From positions 4,340,001-4,404,000 of the forward strand of contig NC_135250.1 of the NCBI RefSeq assembly GCF_964204865.1: a stretch of DNA of 64,000 bases, in the 5' to 3' direction. The notes under the pieces were generated by a model. The model worked only from the letters and a program-made list of their open reading frames with translations. It had not been told where the DNA came from and searched no databases. This document shows, piece by piece, positions 1 to 13,000 of the stretch. This DNA comes from Styela clava (Eukaryota). The stretch's first letter is position 1. The number at the start of each line of letters is the position of its first letter. The position numbers were made by a program, and so were the translations under genes.

Positions 1-19
1 ATGCAAAAGTAATACTTAC

Positions 20-1177
20 CCCCTTCGCAAACGCAAACTTCAAAGTTGAGAGATCCGTTAGTGACTGTATTGCAGCCAGTCGTTAAATTGTGGTCGCCAC
101 ATGTTCGCACAACATACCCTGTAATTAAGGTTTCAAACTAAACAATCAAAGTATCCAAATGAAATTAAACGCAACAGACATTAAATCAACTTAGAGAGTC
201 ATAGGAACAGAAGCTCTGAAGGTCTATGTAGACCAGGGGTCGGCAAACTTTTGTCGTTCGCGGCCCAAAATTAAAGGTTGCAAGTCATTGGCGGGCCGCA
301 CATATTCGAAGGAATGGCCAATAAATCACATTTTTCAATCAGATTTCAGTTATATTTTAAGCAGTGCGCGAAGAATGATTCTTTTGAACTTTTTCTGCGC
401 TATTAAACCATTTGCACTCAGCATCAACTTTTTTACGTTCTGTTGCCTTTTGTCTAATTATAATCAATTTATAGGCTCATTTAACGAGTGATTTTGAATT
501 ATATACTTGTTAGGTTATTTAGTGTTTCAAAACAAATTCTGTTACGTATAGAATATAATTGTCAATACAGTTGTTTTGTTATTATAATCCAGTGAAGCGT
601 GGCGGGCCGGATTATATTGTTCCGTAGTTTGCCGAGCCCTGATCTAGACAGAAGCCGGTGGAAAATCCAAATGCGGTATGTTATGTATGCCGTTTAGATT
701 GACAATTAAACTGGGTTCTGAGTTTTATTATTGGACATATTGAATTAGACATATGTATCGTTTTCCTATCGTTGTTTTGTGAAAAAAGACATTCGTGCTT
801 GTGTTTTGTTACCATAATTTTAATTTGATTTTAGGAAACTGTCGGTTAATCTGTTGAGACTTTCAAACGGAATGTGTATGATGTGTACTTACCACGTGTA
901 GTATTCGTCTGACAAGTTGAGTTAGAGCATTGAATGAGTTGAGAAGCATTGAGCTTTTTGTTATCGCCGCAGTTCTGACACTGGTAGCACATAACCGCGT
1001 ACCCTGGATTACAAAAAATAAAATGAATAAAAAGCAGTGAACGATTTGTTTGCAGAACACTTGGTTTATTTTAACATGAAAACTTAATTACAGAATTATT
1101 CATGACCAAACAAGATAATTTTACGAACCTGTCGCGAAGAACATGTAGCACAAGCATGCAATCAAGAATAATTTCAT
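20..1177 (-). CDS. Ly6/uPAR (three-finger, LU/Quiver-like) domain protein, 3' end outside window
   Basis: Exons 1177-1129, 1003-893 and 118-20, all phase 1, GT-AG. Product MKLFLIACLCYMFFATGYA-VMCYQCQNCGDNKKLNASQLIQCSNSTCQTNTTRGYVVRTCGDHNLTTGCNTVTNGSLNFEVCVCEG: signal peptide, CYxC start and CxC near the end, typical of LU domains. Confidence 0.85.
234..641. mobile_element. hAT (Charlie-like) MITE
   Basis: TIRs CAGGGGTCGGCAAAC / GTTTGCCGAGCCCTG; 8-bp TSD ATGTAGAC/ATCTAGAC; related partial copy at ~29270-29489. Confidence 0.8.
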
Positions 1178-1970
1178 TTTGAGTAATTTCAAAACAGAAC
1201 AGTAAGTAATATTACTAAAAATATAACAGAATAGAATAAATCATTAATTACTTTGTATTATAAATCAAATGGTAGATGCGTTGCAGAGTTGCTAGCGAAG
1301 AAGAATGCCATGCAGGCTTGTCGACTCAAATTTTACTGACACCGCCCAAAGCCTGAATCTAAATCATTCAATATTTTTGTCGTCGCTTCATACATTAGCG
1401 ATTGCTTTGAACTTTTCCATCCGTTCGCGTTTAAGTCAATGAGTTTAAGTGTCTTCTGTGATTTTCGAAAATGTTGAAATTATTCATATTATTTAGCTGG
1501 ATATGGCATTCTTTCTCACGATTTTAGATTCTTTCATTTTTCTATGCAAATAGGATTCAATGACAATATGTTATTATTGTTTTTTGAATAATTGCAAACA
1601 TCATTTTTAGTTGAAGTGTCTCGAAAACAGAGCCGTACTTCTAAATTTCCCTAAGTCAAAATATCTTACTTATAAAAACGAAGAAGTTGATTTTTTTAAA
1701 TGAACCTAAAATAAAATTCAAACGAGTTGTGAGTCCTCGATTCATTTTTTTGAGACTGATTGTTTATGAAATTTACTAAACTTGACTTCGGATTTGGAAT
1801 TTTAAAATTTTCTGAAACTCGGAACATACTCAAGACTTATTTTTAATGAAATCTCCTTATGATTATGACTCGATTTGACTTAGAGCTCACAATCAGTGAC
1901 TGGACTTGACCTGTGACTTCCTTTTCCTAAACTCGTAATTGACCCGAGACTGACTGTTCATGAAATTCAT

Positions 1971-2160
1971 GGTACTCCCGAAGTATGTGAACCAAGATGA
2001 CGGACACCGGAACGTAGTATGTGTACCAGGTTAGGGTTAGGCCATGATGTTATTCCAATTTTCCTCATTCCAGGTATATTACTAGTTCGGTACTAACCAA
2101 GTGACTCTCGTATAATTTGTACCTGAAATTATGGCCCAACCCTAACCTGGTACACATACG
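1971..2160. mobile_element. Merlin-like MITE (truncated copy)
   Basis: GGTACTCCCGAAGTATGTG terminus and GTACCAGGTTAGGGTTAGG core shared with about 15 other copies. Confidence 0.7.
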
Positions 2161-2904
2161 TCTTTTCGGCATCGATCAAGTCGATTCTCTTAGTTGTGAT
2201 TCCATCAGACAAAACTGGCCTCTTTATAGGCCGTATATTGTATTCGCTTCAGCTGCTTTGGTCTATAAAGATATTGAGTAAAAATTCCGAAAGCTGTAAT
2301 AATATAACAGAGCATCACGATGTCGCAATGATGGTGCAAAACAAAAATACCCGTTCCCTTTGAGAGACAATTCTAACTATGTGCATGTATGGGATTTTTG
2401 CATAGAATTTTTTTTTGCAATTTTTATTTATTTCATTGACAATGATGATATATTTCCGATTTCCAGTCGAAAGATTTGGAAAAAACGATAAACTTTGAAA
2501 AACATTTTTTTCTGTACATAAGGATAAGAACAATTTTTCACCAACGATAAGAGAGGCTGTGGTTAGTGAGAACCGTCTTATCGGCTCTCCTCTCCCCCTG
2601 GATGAATATATATATAAAAAATTATAAAGACTAGATGATCTAACTGCCGCGGAGTTTTTGCCTTTCACATTTTCAAACGTGACTTTGCATCTATGAATTT
2701 CACATCCGGCTAACTGAACAGAAATTTCCCGGCGTTAATGTTGCAAAATAAATTTTTATTGCGCATTTAGAATCCCCAATTGTTACATCTGAGCTAACTC
2801 TATAGTTTTCCGATTAATACTTCCTGAATGCAATGATACAGCATAATGTGGACTTTCCATGACTGACAGTAATTGTATTTCATTTCTGTGATGGTCACGA
2901 TCAG

Positions 2905-3190
2905 GGGTAGGAAAGGTTTTTGAACCAAAAGCCAATAATTGTGCCCAACTAGACTGGCGGGCCATGTAAGTGTGACGTAACACTTTTGGAACAATATTTG
3001 CAGTGTTACAAAAGCAAAAGTTGAAAACAATAAGCCTCGTACCAAAACTAAATTTAATCGCAATCTCAACAAATTCCTTGAACATTGTTTAGCTAAAACC
3101 TCAAAATTCGGTTTTAGTATGATTGTGTTAGCTGCGGGCGGGCCAGATTGAATTACCCAACGGATTTGCGGGCACGGGCACGACGTTATT
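2905..3190. mobile_element. hAT-like MITE family D copy
   Basis: Homologous to ~3800-4103, ~6725-7010, ~9450-9715, 60609-60906 and ~63509-63690 (GGCCCGCC, TTGAGATTGCGA and CACTTACATGGCCCGCC blocks). Confidence 0.7.
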
Positions 3191-4195
3191 GTGATAACTC
3201 TATTGGCAAGCTTCAAAGTCTCATTAAAAGCCAAACCATTCAAAAATACCGCAAAACCCTTGAAGTTTACAAAAAACACAGTTATTGCAATAAAAGTTTT
3301 TATTTGGTCAAAATAACAATGCGAATGCAATAAATAGAAAAAGCAAAATTGCACAAAAATAATTTACAGAAAATTCTACCAAAGTGCATTGTTGTGCAGG
3401 AAATTTGGGAATATTGACTCACTCACACACCCAGGATCTCCATAAAATTAAGATATTTATTATGTCGTGCGAGAAACGCGCACAATTAAACAGAGTTAAA
3501 TATTAAAATATTTTATACAATGCTGATTCATGCCTTTCGTTCCGAATCAGGCCCTGTACAAGCTTTCACTGAATATGAGGTTACGTAAAAAGCTATTACT
3601 TTTGAAGTGCCTGGGCATTGCCTACTTATTTTTTTACCGTGTTTACCCTAACCCCCCCCCCCCCCTAAAAAAAAATAAGACCGAGTGTTATTTCCGGCAG
3701 GAAGATTGAAATAAGACCTTGACCTTGTCTTATTCTCTGAAACAGGTATCTGGACGAGGTGGCGGGCATCGAATTTGGACACGAGATGTGTACCTGCTAT
3801 ACCAGTTTTTTTTGAAAAAGACTATAAAAATTTTGCCCACTTAAGACTTGCGGGCCATGTAAGTGTGACGTAAAAAGTTACATTTTATAAATAATATTCA
3901 CCGTGTTACGGAAGAAAAAGTGGGAAGCAATAAACTCGAGGCAAAACTCAATTCAATCGCAATCTCAACAAATTCCTTGAGCTATTTTTCATCTAAAACA
4001 TCAAAATTTGATTTTAGTTTGGTTGTGGCAGCATCAGGCGGGCCAGATTGAATTACCCAACGGGCCGGATTTGGCACGCGGGCCGAAGTTTGCCCATGTC
4101 AGTGCTATACCATCATAGTCAAACCTGAGGCATACGCTTCAGAAAATTTAACTTCGTCACTATTCAAATTTCTCTATCATATAAGCATATAAATA

Positions 4196-7100
4196 TCACG
4201 TCCTGGTTACTGCCATATTTTCTTGCACATCTTCGACGTTATCATCATTTTTAACTTTATTTTTTCTTTGAAGATGCCGTTCGCTCAATTTAGCTTCTAC
4301 TGCTGTTATGTGAGGTGGAGGGCCGACAAGGCCCAGAATACAAGGCAGGAATATTAGTCCGTTCCAGAGACCATATCCAACGACACACACGAATACCTGA
4401 ATCATAGAAAAATTGCCTTTGCTATTATAATATTAATAGTAAACGTTTTAAGCGAGTTGATTGCTGAATAGTAAATGTTTTAACAAAAAGTTTAGAAGCA
4501 AGCTATATACCAGGGTTGTGGATTCGGATTTTGAAATGTTGAAATTCTGAACTGAACTTGAAATTTCATGAACCTGAAACGGTCCCAGAAACAACCAATT
4601 TTCAATTTTGCAAAAATTTAACTTACAGTGAAAAATACTTTGTAGGAATAAGTATTCGATCCGCTCAGTAACACAAGAGCTAGGAAAGTGCTGAATCCTC
4701 CATTGAATACAGCTGGTCCTATCTGACCCAGAGTGACGCGAACTCTCATTCTTTTAGTCCCACGTAGAGTGAGAAACTTATGGGCAACGTGAGCAGCGTA
4801 ATCGACAGCAAGACCAACTGAGAGCAGGAGTGTGATAATTGTACTGGTTTCAATTGTGAGACCTGTAAATAGTGAATGTGAGCATGTATAAATACAGAAA
4901 CTTCACCGAGCATCGACTTCCTTGTTAGTTTCCGCAACAACGTCTAATCAGCAGGAATTAACGGTGACGTAAAATATGAAACTTTAGTAATCGATCAGAC
5001 GCATTTCCAAGCATGTTTGTAATAATTGTAGCTTTTCGTATAGTTTTGACTGTTATTTGCCAGTTTTTATTTTTGTTTCCAAATTTTGGGAATAAATTCA
5101 GTTCTTAGAGGAACTTTGTCGAGGTGTTATCTGGATACTCCCGTAGTATGTGTACCAGGTTAGGATTAGGCCATAATTTTATTTCGATTCTCCCTATAAA
5201 GTTCTAGTACTCTTCTATTGAGCTCAGGGGCTGTCTGTGTTAGCCAAGTGAATATACACCCTGTCCATAGGTTTCCGTCCCTTTATACAACTTGATGTAA
5301 AATAGGCAAAGAAAATTGGTACACATATTTCTGAAGCGCCGTTGTTTGGTTGCAGCAATGTAAAACGACAAGGAAAAGCGATTAAAAAGCGATTTATCAT
5401 TACGTCAATATATCCCGCCCACCATCAACAACAAAACCATTCTGCAAAACGATCCATTTGTCAACTTTGCATTCAATAACTAACCCACCTGTGAAGTACA
5501 TGCTTCCGGCAACATCAATAATGGTGAACACAACACATATGACAACCCAGAAACTCATTTGTAGACTCGCTATCATTGGCAATACCATCACAAATACACA
5601 TAGTAATGTGATACCAAGGTTTCTGTAAACTTCTGATCTGATTATCTTCATGATACTGAATTGGAAGTAGGATCTGCAAATGAAAACGATAGTTGTTACC
5701 TTGTTAATTGAACAACAGATGTTATAATAAAACAGAGAATACGCGATCAAATACTATTGTTAATAAACGAGAACGCGACGCTCACATATAAGGACACGAA
5801 AGTCCAATAACAACTTACCGCAGTGCCTGTATGTAGCCATAAGCAGGCTTAAGCAGAAATGTGACCGAGCGCTAAACTTGTAAATCAAAACCGAAGACAA
5901 CCGTGACGTAGCCAGTTAGGCGGGAATAAAAACAAAAAAAAAACATCGATGTAATTGGTGAAATATCGAATCTCACGGGACTAAGAGGAGACTTGATAAA
6001 TTTCCTAATATCGAGTTGTGACACCATACTTCGGTTCTTGACGTGAATAAAATTGTTTTGAATATCCAGAAAGTTGCTTATATGCCGGCGCAATCAGAAA
6101 AATATATAACACATTTTTATTAGTTTCAAATAATTTTATTCTATAAACAAAATGTCTACCACCCCCTGAATTTGAAGACACCCCGCGGCCCCCCTTAAAT
6201 AGAAAAGATTGGTAACATACTGATGAAAAGGTAGTTAGTCGGTACTTCTGTAGTATGTGAGCCAAGATGGCGGACACCGGAACGTAGTATGTGTACCAGG
6301 TTAGAGTTAAGCCATAATTTCAGGTACAAATAATACGGGAGTCACTGAATTAGTCGTCGAACTCTTAATAGAACTAAAATAAGGAAAATTGGAATAAAAT
6401 TATGGCCTAACTCTAACCTGGTACACATACTACGTTCCGATGTCCGGTATTTTGGTTCACATACTACGGGAGCGCCAGTTAGTCTCGCGTAGCCCCAACT
6501 GATAGAAAATGTTAATCACCTATGAAATGGAAATGCAGAGTCGCTGAATCCCACTGAATCACAAACTTCATGCAAACTATCCATGATATCCACATTTTGA
6601 ACATTTTCTTCAACTGCTATGTGTTGAACGCGGAACCGCGATCCAACAATCTTCCCAAATCGCACTGCAACTTCCTACAAAATATAGGTCATTATTGATA
6701 AAGCTGAGTTGGGGTCAAAAGTTAACATGGGCAAACTACGGCCCGCGGGCCAAATCCGGACGGTTGCGTAATTCAATATGGCCCGCCTGATGCTGCCACA
6801 ATCAAACTAAAACCAAATTTTGAGGTTTTAGATGAAAAATAGTGCAAGGAATTTGTTGAGATTGCGATTAGCTTTAGTTTTGGCACGAGGCTTATTGTCT
6901 TCCACTTTCTCTTTCGTGACACTCTAAATATTGTTCATGAAAGGTATTCTTACGTCACACTTACATAGCCCGCCAGTCTAGATGGGAAAATTTTTGGCCG
7001 CTGGTCCAAACGAATAACTAGTTAGCTATTCCCATAACGGACATAGTAAGGGAACGAGAGGCCGTAGTTTGACATAAGATTGCTTTTCGTCCCGCGGAAT

Positions 7101-10017
7101 AAATATGAAAATCACATCTTATATGTCATATTCTATCATCACAAGGTGCTGAATATTCCACAAAGTTACAAAGGTTATTTAGAACATGAACTTACACTTG
7201 CATAAACTCTTCCTTTTCCAGTTAAATATTCCATGACAGACCCAAAGAACTGCTGGGAGTTAACATAAGCATCGTCTTTGTATATATCGGTTACATTCTT
7301 CTCTGTTGACATCCAGTACACGTAGTTCTCAAACCAACTGTATGAAACATTTCGATTTAGTTAAAAAAAAAATAACGTATCTGGCCTAAGGGGTATATAA
7401 CAGTGATATGATTTAAAATTAAAAAAAAAGGTTTCGACTTTTTTATCGAACTCACTAATAACAGGCCTCTCATTACAGAAAAAAAAAAACATAAGATCAC
7501 ATGCCAATAACAACACGCTTCCTATAGTCGTCATCTGCGTTCCACGTTACCCATTTGTTTCGGTTATCTAACGTCTCAAATTAGGAACTAGAACAGATTC
7601 GCTGATTATCAAGATCGTACATGCGAGTTTATGCGAACATGTGGATTCCTACCACTGGTGCATATAAAAAGCTTATTTCATTAGATCTTTGCAGAGGCGG
7701 GAACAGAACTTCTCAAAGGGGATGTCCTGAAATTTCTATTTGCCAAGTTTGATTGAAACAGCTAGCGGGTCCAGCTAAGGGGTCGTTGTCTTTCGAGGCG
7801 TCCCGATTTGAAGTCACAAAAATATGGTAACCCTGGTTAAGTCCAACTACTTGACCGGCATGCCAAAGCTCCAGCGCCGTAGCCAGGGTTGGTATTGGGG
7901 GTAGGAACCCACACCCCACCCATGAGCCTTGAGGGTCTAAAAAGCGTATATTTTTAAAATGTGGTGGGGTGTGGGTTCCTACCCCCAATACCAACCCTGG
8001 CTACGGCGCTGGAGCTTTGGCATGCCGGTCAAGTAGTTGGACTTAACCAGGGTTACCATATTTTTGTGACTTCACATCGGGACGCCTCGAAAGACAACGA
8101 CCCCTTAGCTGTGATTTTGTAACTTCACATTTTCCGATTTTACTACATAGGCCTACATTCCTCCTACATTTAAAGCTGTCTCGGCTAGTCGGCTGTCTTT
8201 ATTGACCATATTGTTATCGAAATTACATGCGCATATTCTCTGTCCAAATATCGGGTTCAGTTCGAAAAATAGGAAGGAATTTACGTTAACGATACCGGTA
8301 CAAATAATTCGAACTTAGACTAATTAGTATTGGTTTTACATGCGATACGCTCGCCCTCAATGGGAATCAGCGGGGAACGAACGCATTCACCTTCAGTAAG
8401 TAGGCTAGCGCTGCGCTACACAGAAACAACAGTAACGACAACATGTTTGTGTATTATGCTGGAAAAGCAGGACTTTTGGCTAACTTATCGGGACGGCGGG
8501 ACAAACGCTGAAAAGCGGGACTGTCCCGCCTGAAGCGGGACGTATGGTAAGCCTAGACTTAACCATATTGGGATTGCAGGTTGCATCTAGCGGCTTCAAA
8601 TCATATTCCCACAATCCCACCTTTTAATTAAGGGTGCAGTAAATTGGATAGAGAACGCCGAACCGTTAAGATTTCGGTCTGTCAAAATATTGTGGCATAA
8701 ATGACTAGTAGTCGGATGAAAGACATAAGCAACGTGCGGGGTTTGAAATATTATAGATAATGAAATCAGTGGCGATATAATACTCTTAACGTATAGCGCA
8801 ATTGGGCGTCGTGTTGACAGGAAGTTTGATTTTTAAGTGAAAGAAGAAGTGGGCCAGTCGCTGGAACGGAAGCTCTTAACAGCTTACTATTCCAGGTTAC
8901 TGCCGTCAAAATTGTTAACAATTGTGGTTTAATCAAATATGTTTAATCAAACATGTGCTGAATAATAAATACCTTGTTAAAGTTGTCGGGTCTATGTTAG
9001 TGTTTTTCTTCAATTTTTCGTACAAAATATGAAGTTTTTCTCTTTCTTCATAAAAATCTGCGTCGATGACAAAAATGGCGGCATCTTGCCCCGGAGCAAA
9101 GTACTTGTCGTATTCTTTGCCGAATGGAATCAGGTAACTGAAATGAAATTGACTTGAAATTAGGCTGTGAAATCAAGGAGTTAACCAGCATTTGGCAGCA
9201 TACTAGATAAACATCAATGAAATATCAAAAAACAATGCTCGAATATATATATATATATATATGGAAACGAAGGTTGCGCACCGGGATGGTGTGGTCTTAA
9301 ATGAGCAGTGGGTTTGATTAAACAATCAACCGACGTGCTGACGTGGTGTCAAAATAAACGAAAACAATCGAAACTTGGATTAAATATTGAGACCAATAGG
9401 ACTCGGATTATAGTTGAAACAAGAATAAAAAGAATAACCTTCTAGGTCAGATATGACAAACTACGGCCAGCGGTACAAATCAGACCCGTTGGGGAATTCA
9501 ATCTGGCCCAATTAAAATAAAACCAAAATTTGAATTCAAGAAATTTGTTGAGATTGCGAATAAATTTTGTTTTGGCGCGAGGCTCATTGTTTTCCCCTAA
9601 TCCTTTGTAACGCTTAAAGGTTGTTTATGGAATGTAAAAAACTTTTTACGTCAAATTTACATGGCCAGACAGCCTAGGTGGGCATTTTTTTTCACCCCCG
9701 GTCAAAAATCTAGCTACTTCTTCCATATGTAAATATCGAAAATTAGTCTCCCGTAGCAACGCTCAGAAATCAGTCTCGTCAACTTATGAGCGGTTCCCCG
9801 CGACCTTGCTTTGAGAAAATGTTCTTAAACAAGAAAATAGAAATTTCATTTACCTTTCTTGTGGAAGATACCAATCGGGATCGAAGCTGACTTTTAAGAG
9901 AGTGAAACCCCATCCCATGAGTGCAGTCAGTCCCAGGGTTGCCAGAATTACTGCGATCTGTACCGGAAACATCTGAACAACTTTTCCGATGACGTCTTCA
10001 AAGAACGTTGCAAAGAA
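4196..10017 (-). CDS. Fusion gene exons 13-19 (second RND repeat to stop)
   Basis: FDPDWYLPQESYL, SWFENY, GLAVDYAAHVAH, IGPAVFNGGFSTFLA, GLIFLPCILGLVGP; TGA at 4196-4198. Confidence 0.92.
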
Positions 10018-13000
10018 CTGAAATTTGATGTAAAAAATATTTAGTATTAAAAAAAAATCTAATTTCTCAAATAACATAATAAAAAAACAAAAACCATAAA
10101 CAAGTTTATTTTCAAAACTTCATAAAGAATTATCAACTTTTATATAAATATAAAAAAGAGAGGTCAAGAGTATTCCAGGAAAATGATTAGATTCTTTTTC
10201 ATGATACATGGTCCTCGTTCGGAGAACTTCCAATATTCCCTCTGCTCTTATATAAATAAACATACATTTGTTTTTAGTGGTTCCATTACATTTGAACCCA
10301 CGTACATTTGAACCCGTAATTTGAACCCACGACAATTGCATCTGCATACTATTGTACCTATGGAATTTATTTACGGATATTTGAACCCATACTAACCCTA
10401 ACCCATGGATTTTAGCACCCTCATATACATTGAACCCGCGGATATACGGGTGCAAATGTATTGGTTCAAAGGTACGGTCACCGTTTTTAGCGCATTTCCA
10501 TCAGTAATGTTATACGCATGCTTAAATACCAAAAAAAGAAAATAAATAAATGTATTATAGGCAACCAATTAATAAATAAATTACAGTCAATTTACTTTGA
10601 ATTGAATGTAGTCATGGAGAACGGTACCTAGCGAAGGCTTAGTTAGTGGCACTTACGAGGGCCGGGGCTCAGATTCGTTTAATTTCTGACTAGAAAAAAA
10701 TAAAAGGAAAAATATTGGCGATTGCGGTCTGACACGGAGTGTTGAGAGTCTTTGAAAGGGGCTGACGGAACTTGAAAGTTTGAGAAGCACTGCCAAGTAG
10801 ATTCACTTTGTCAGGCTGTGAAATAACGACATTAACTTACTTCTCGTTGGGAACATTCACTTTGCTTGTAATTTTCATCATGTTTGTAGCAACAGGCGAG
10901 GCATGCGTCATAATTTTCTTCTCTCCTTCGTTGATCAAGAACGGTGCATGCCAGGAATAATGTGCACTGAATAGTGTGAATACGTTTGTTTAGTTCGTAC
11001 AAAAATATACAGAAATAAGTTAATTCAAACATATATATGAAAATGTGTGGTGTTTTGCTAAATTTTCTTGTTGTTGTTAGCCTTTATTGTTGTTGTTGTG
11101 GCAGCTTTTTCGGTGGGAATAAAAATCCCTCCTTTCGGTAACTAATGGACCAATCAATTTCAAATTTTTAGTATCTAAGGATGGAAATAGTCGCCAGACG
11201 GCTATTTCATGTTTATCATATTTATTAATGTACAAAGAGTTGATAATCGCGATCATAATCATTGAAATAATAATCTGACGTATTGAGTGATGGCATAGTG
11301 GTTTTAGCGGTATTTTGCCATTTCAGATTACACGTCTCATCTTAAAATCCCATGCCGCCATTTTACCTAGAGTGTAATAAATTAGGCAGTCAAAGTTAAA
11401 GCGGAAAAATCCCGGTCTTCCAAAACAAATTGCTCTTAAGATATTGTTAGATGTTAAAAATGCTTGTAGCGGTAGTTATTCTGAGCGAATGTCGCGAATG
11501 AGCGTTTCATGAACAGAAAAACAAATGTCTTACTTGTAAAAAGAATAGCAATATAATGCAGACAGCAACATAAATACTGAAGGAAGCAAAGGAACCGAGT
11601 TCGCTTGATGACCCAACCGCAAATGCAACAAGATCAGTCACCGATGTCACAGTTATAGAGACTCCTGCAGACTAAAATTAAAACAGATTGATAAATGCAA
11701 GAATCGGAGTTTCATCTCGTATAATTCTGAGTGAGCGAGCGTAAGTAACGTACCGAATGTCCTTAGACTTGAAACTGTGAATGCTACATAACTGTATTTA
11801 AAAAAAACTTTGGGCATGATGATAGAGTGAATGGATGAGAGCTCACAATCAACCTAGTTTGGTAGAAAGTGATGTTACCGTGGTGATTTCAACAGCATGC
11901 TAACTGAAAATTTTAGAAAAGTCATCGTATTTCAAGAAAATCTCCAGTGGAAGCGCAATAATTAACTATTTATTATAAGTGTTACCTTCATATTTAGTAT
12001 TAAATAAATTGTCTTCGTTTTCGCTAAATATTTAAAAAATGTACGTAGTCTGATTTTGGGGGGAAATTGGAATTTGTATTTATTTGTACAGAGCAGATTT
12101 AAATAAAATGCTAACCTTCAATGCATGCCCAGATTTCTTCGCTAACGGCAGTTTTCTAAGATGTGGATCATCGTCAATAGTATTCCAAGATTGAATTAAA
12201 ATAAACATGTCATCCACTCCTATTCCAATAATGAGAAACGGGGCAACAAGGTGAATAACAGACCATTCGAATCCAAAGGAGGCGGATAAACCAATGCCAG
12301 CTCCCATTGACAAACCAGCGGTGACGATTCCCATCATGGCGATGTATGTTCTGAAATACGAAACTATGTATAATTTTTGTTTCGATTTATATTTTATAAG
12401 TCTGTCTGTCCAAAGTCGAACCTTACATATTTCGTTCTTTTGAAAATATTAGCTTCTTATATATCATTAGATATCAATGAATGCTTGCACAGGGCATTGT
12501 TCGAAGGCGTGAATAATCATCGTATAAAATAACTCACCTGTGTTCTAAGAGCGAAAATTTTCCAGTCATGAGTATGATGTAAACAAAAATGAGGGCAAAT
12601 CCAGCAAATAATAGAGGCAAATCTTTCCGGTAACCGGTCCCTGCTTCGAGTGACCGACTTCCGCGTGATTCTACGTAGACTGAAAAACCTTCGTATTCGG
12701 CGTTTCCCACTTCAATGAAAGCTTTTTCCCAGTCGTCGTCTTTACGTCTGGAATAAGTTGGAATTTATTGCAAAATTTTTTCATTGACATACATTTTACT
12801 TACATGTATTTCGTATGGCTTAGTGGTTATATTACGTTGCTTCCAAAAAGTCGTGTCCAACTGTCCCCACATTTTATAGCCCTTCAATCTTTATAGAACA
12901 CATACACCACTTGTCCCACTTTGCTACACTTGTCTCAAAGTTCCGAGTTAGGGTACATATATATTGGGGCAAATGGTTAAATGTAAGTGAATGGTGTGTG

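Noticed and set aside
2783-3354. 184-aa and 100-aa ORFs
   Set aside because: They overlap a multi-copy MITE (family D), use non-ATG starts and show no recognisable protein motif.
7713-7994. 93-aa ORF
   Set aside because: Lies in the inverted duplication and MITE sequence.
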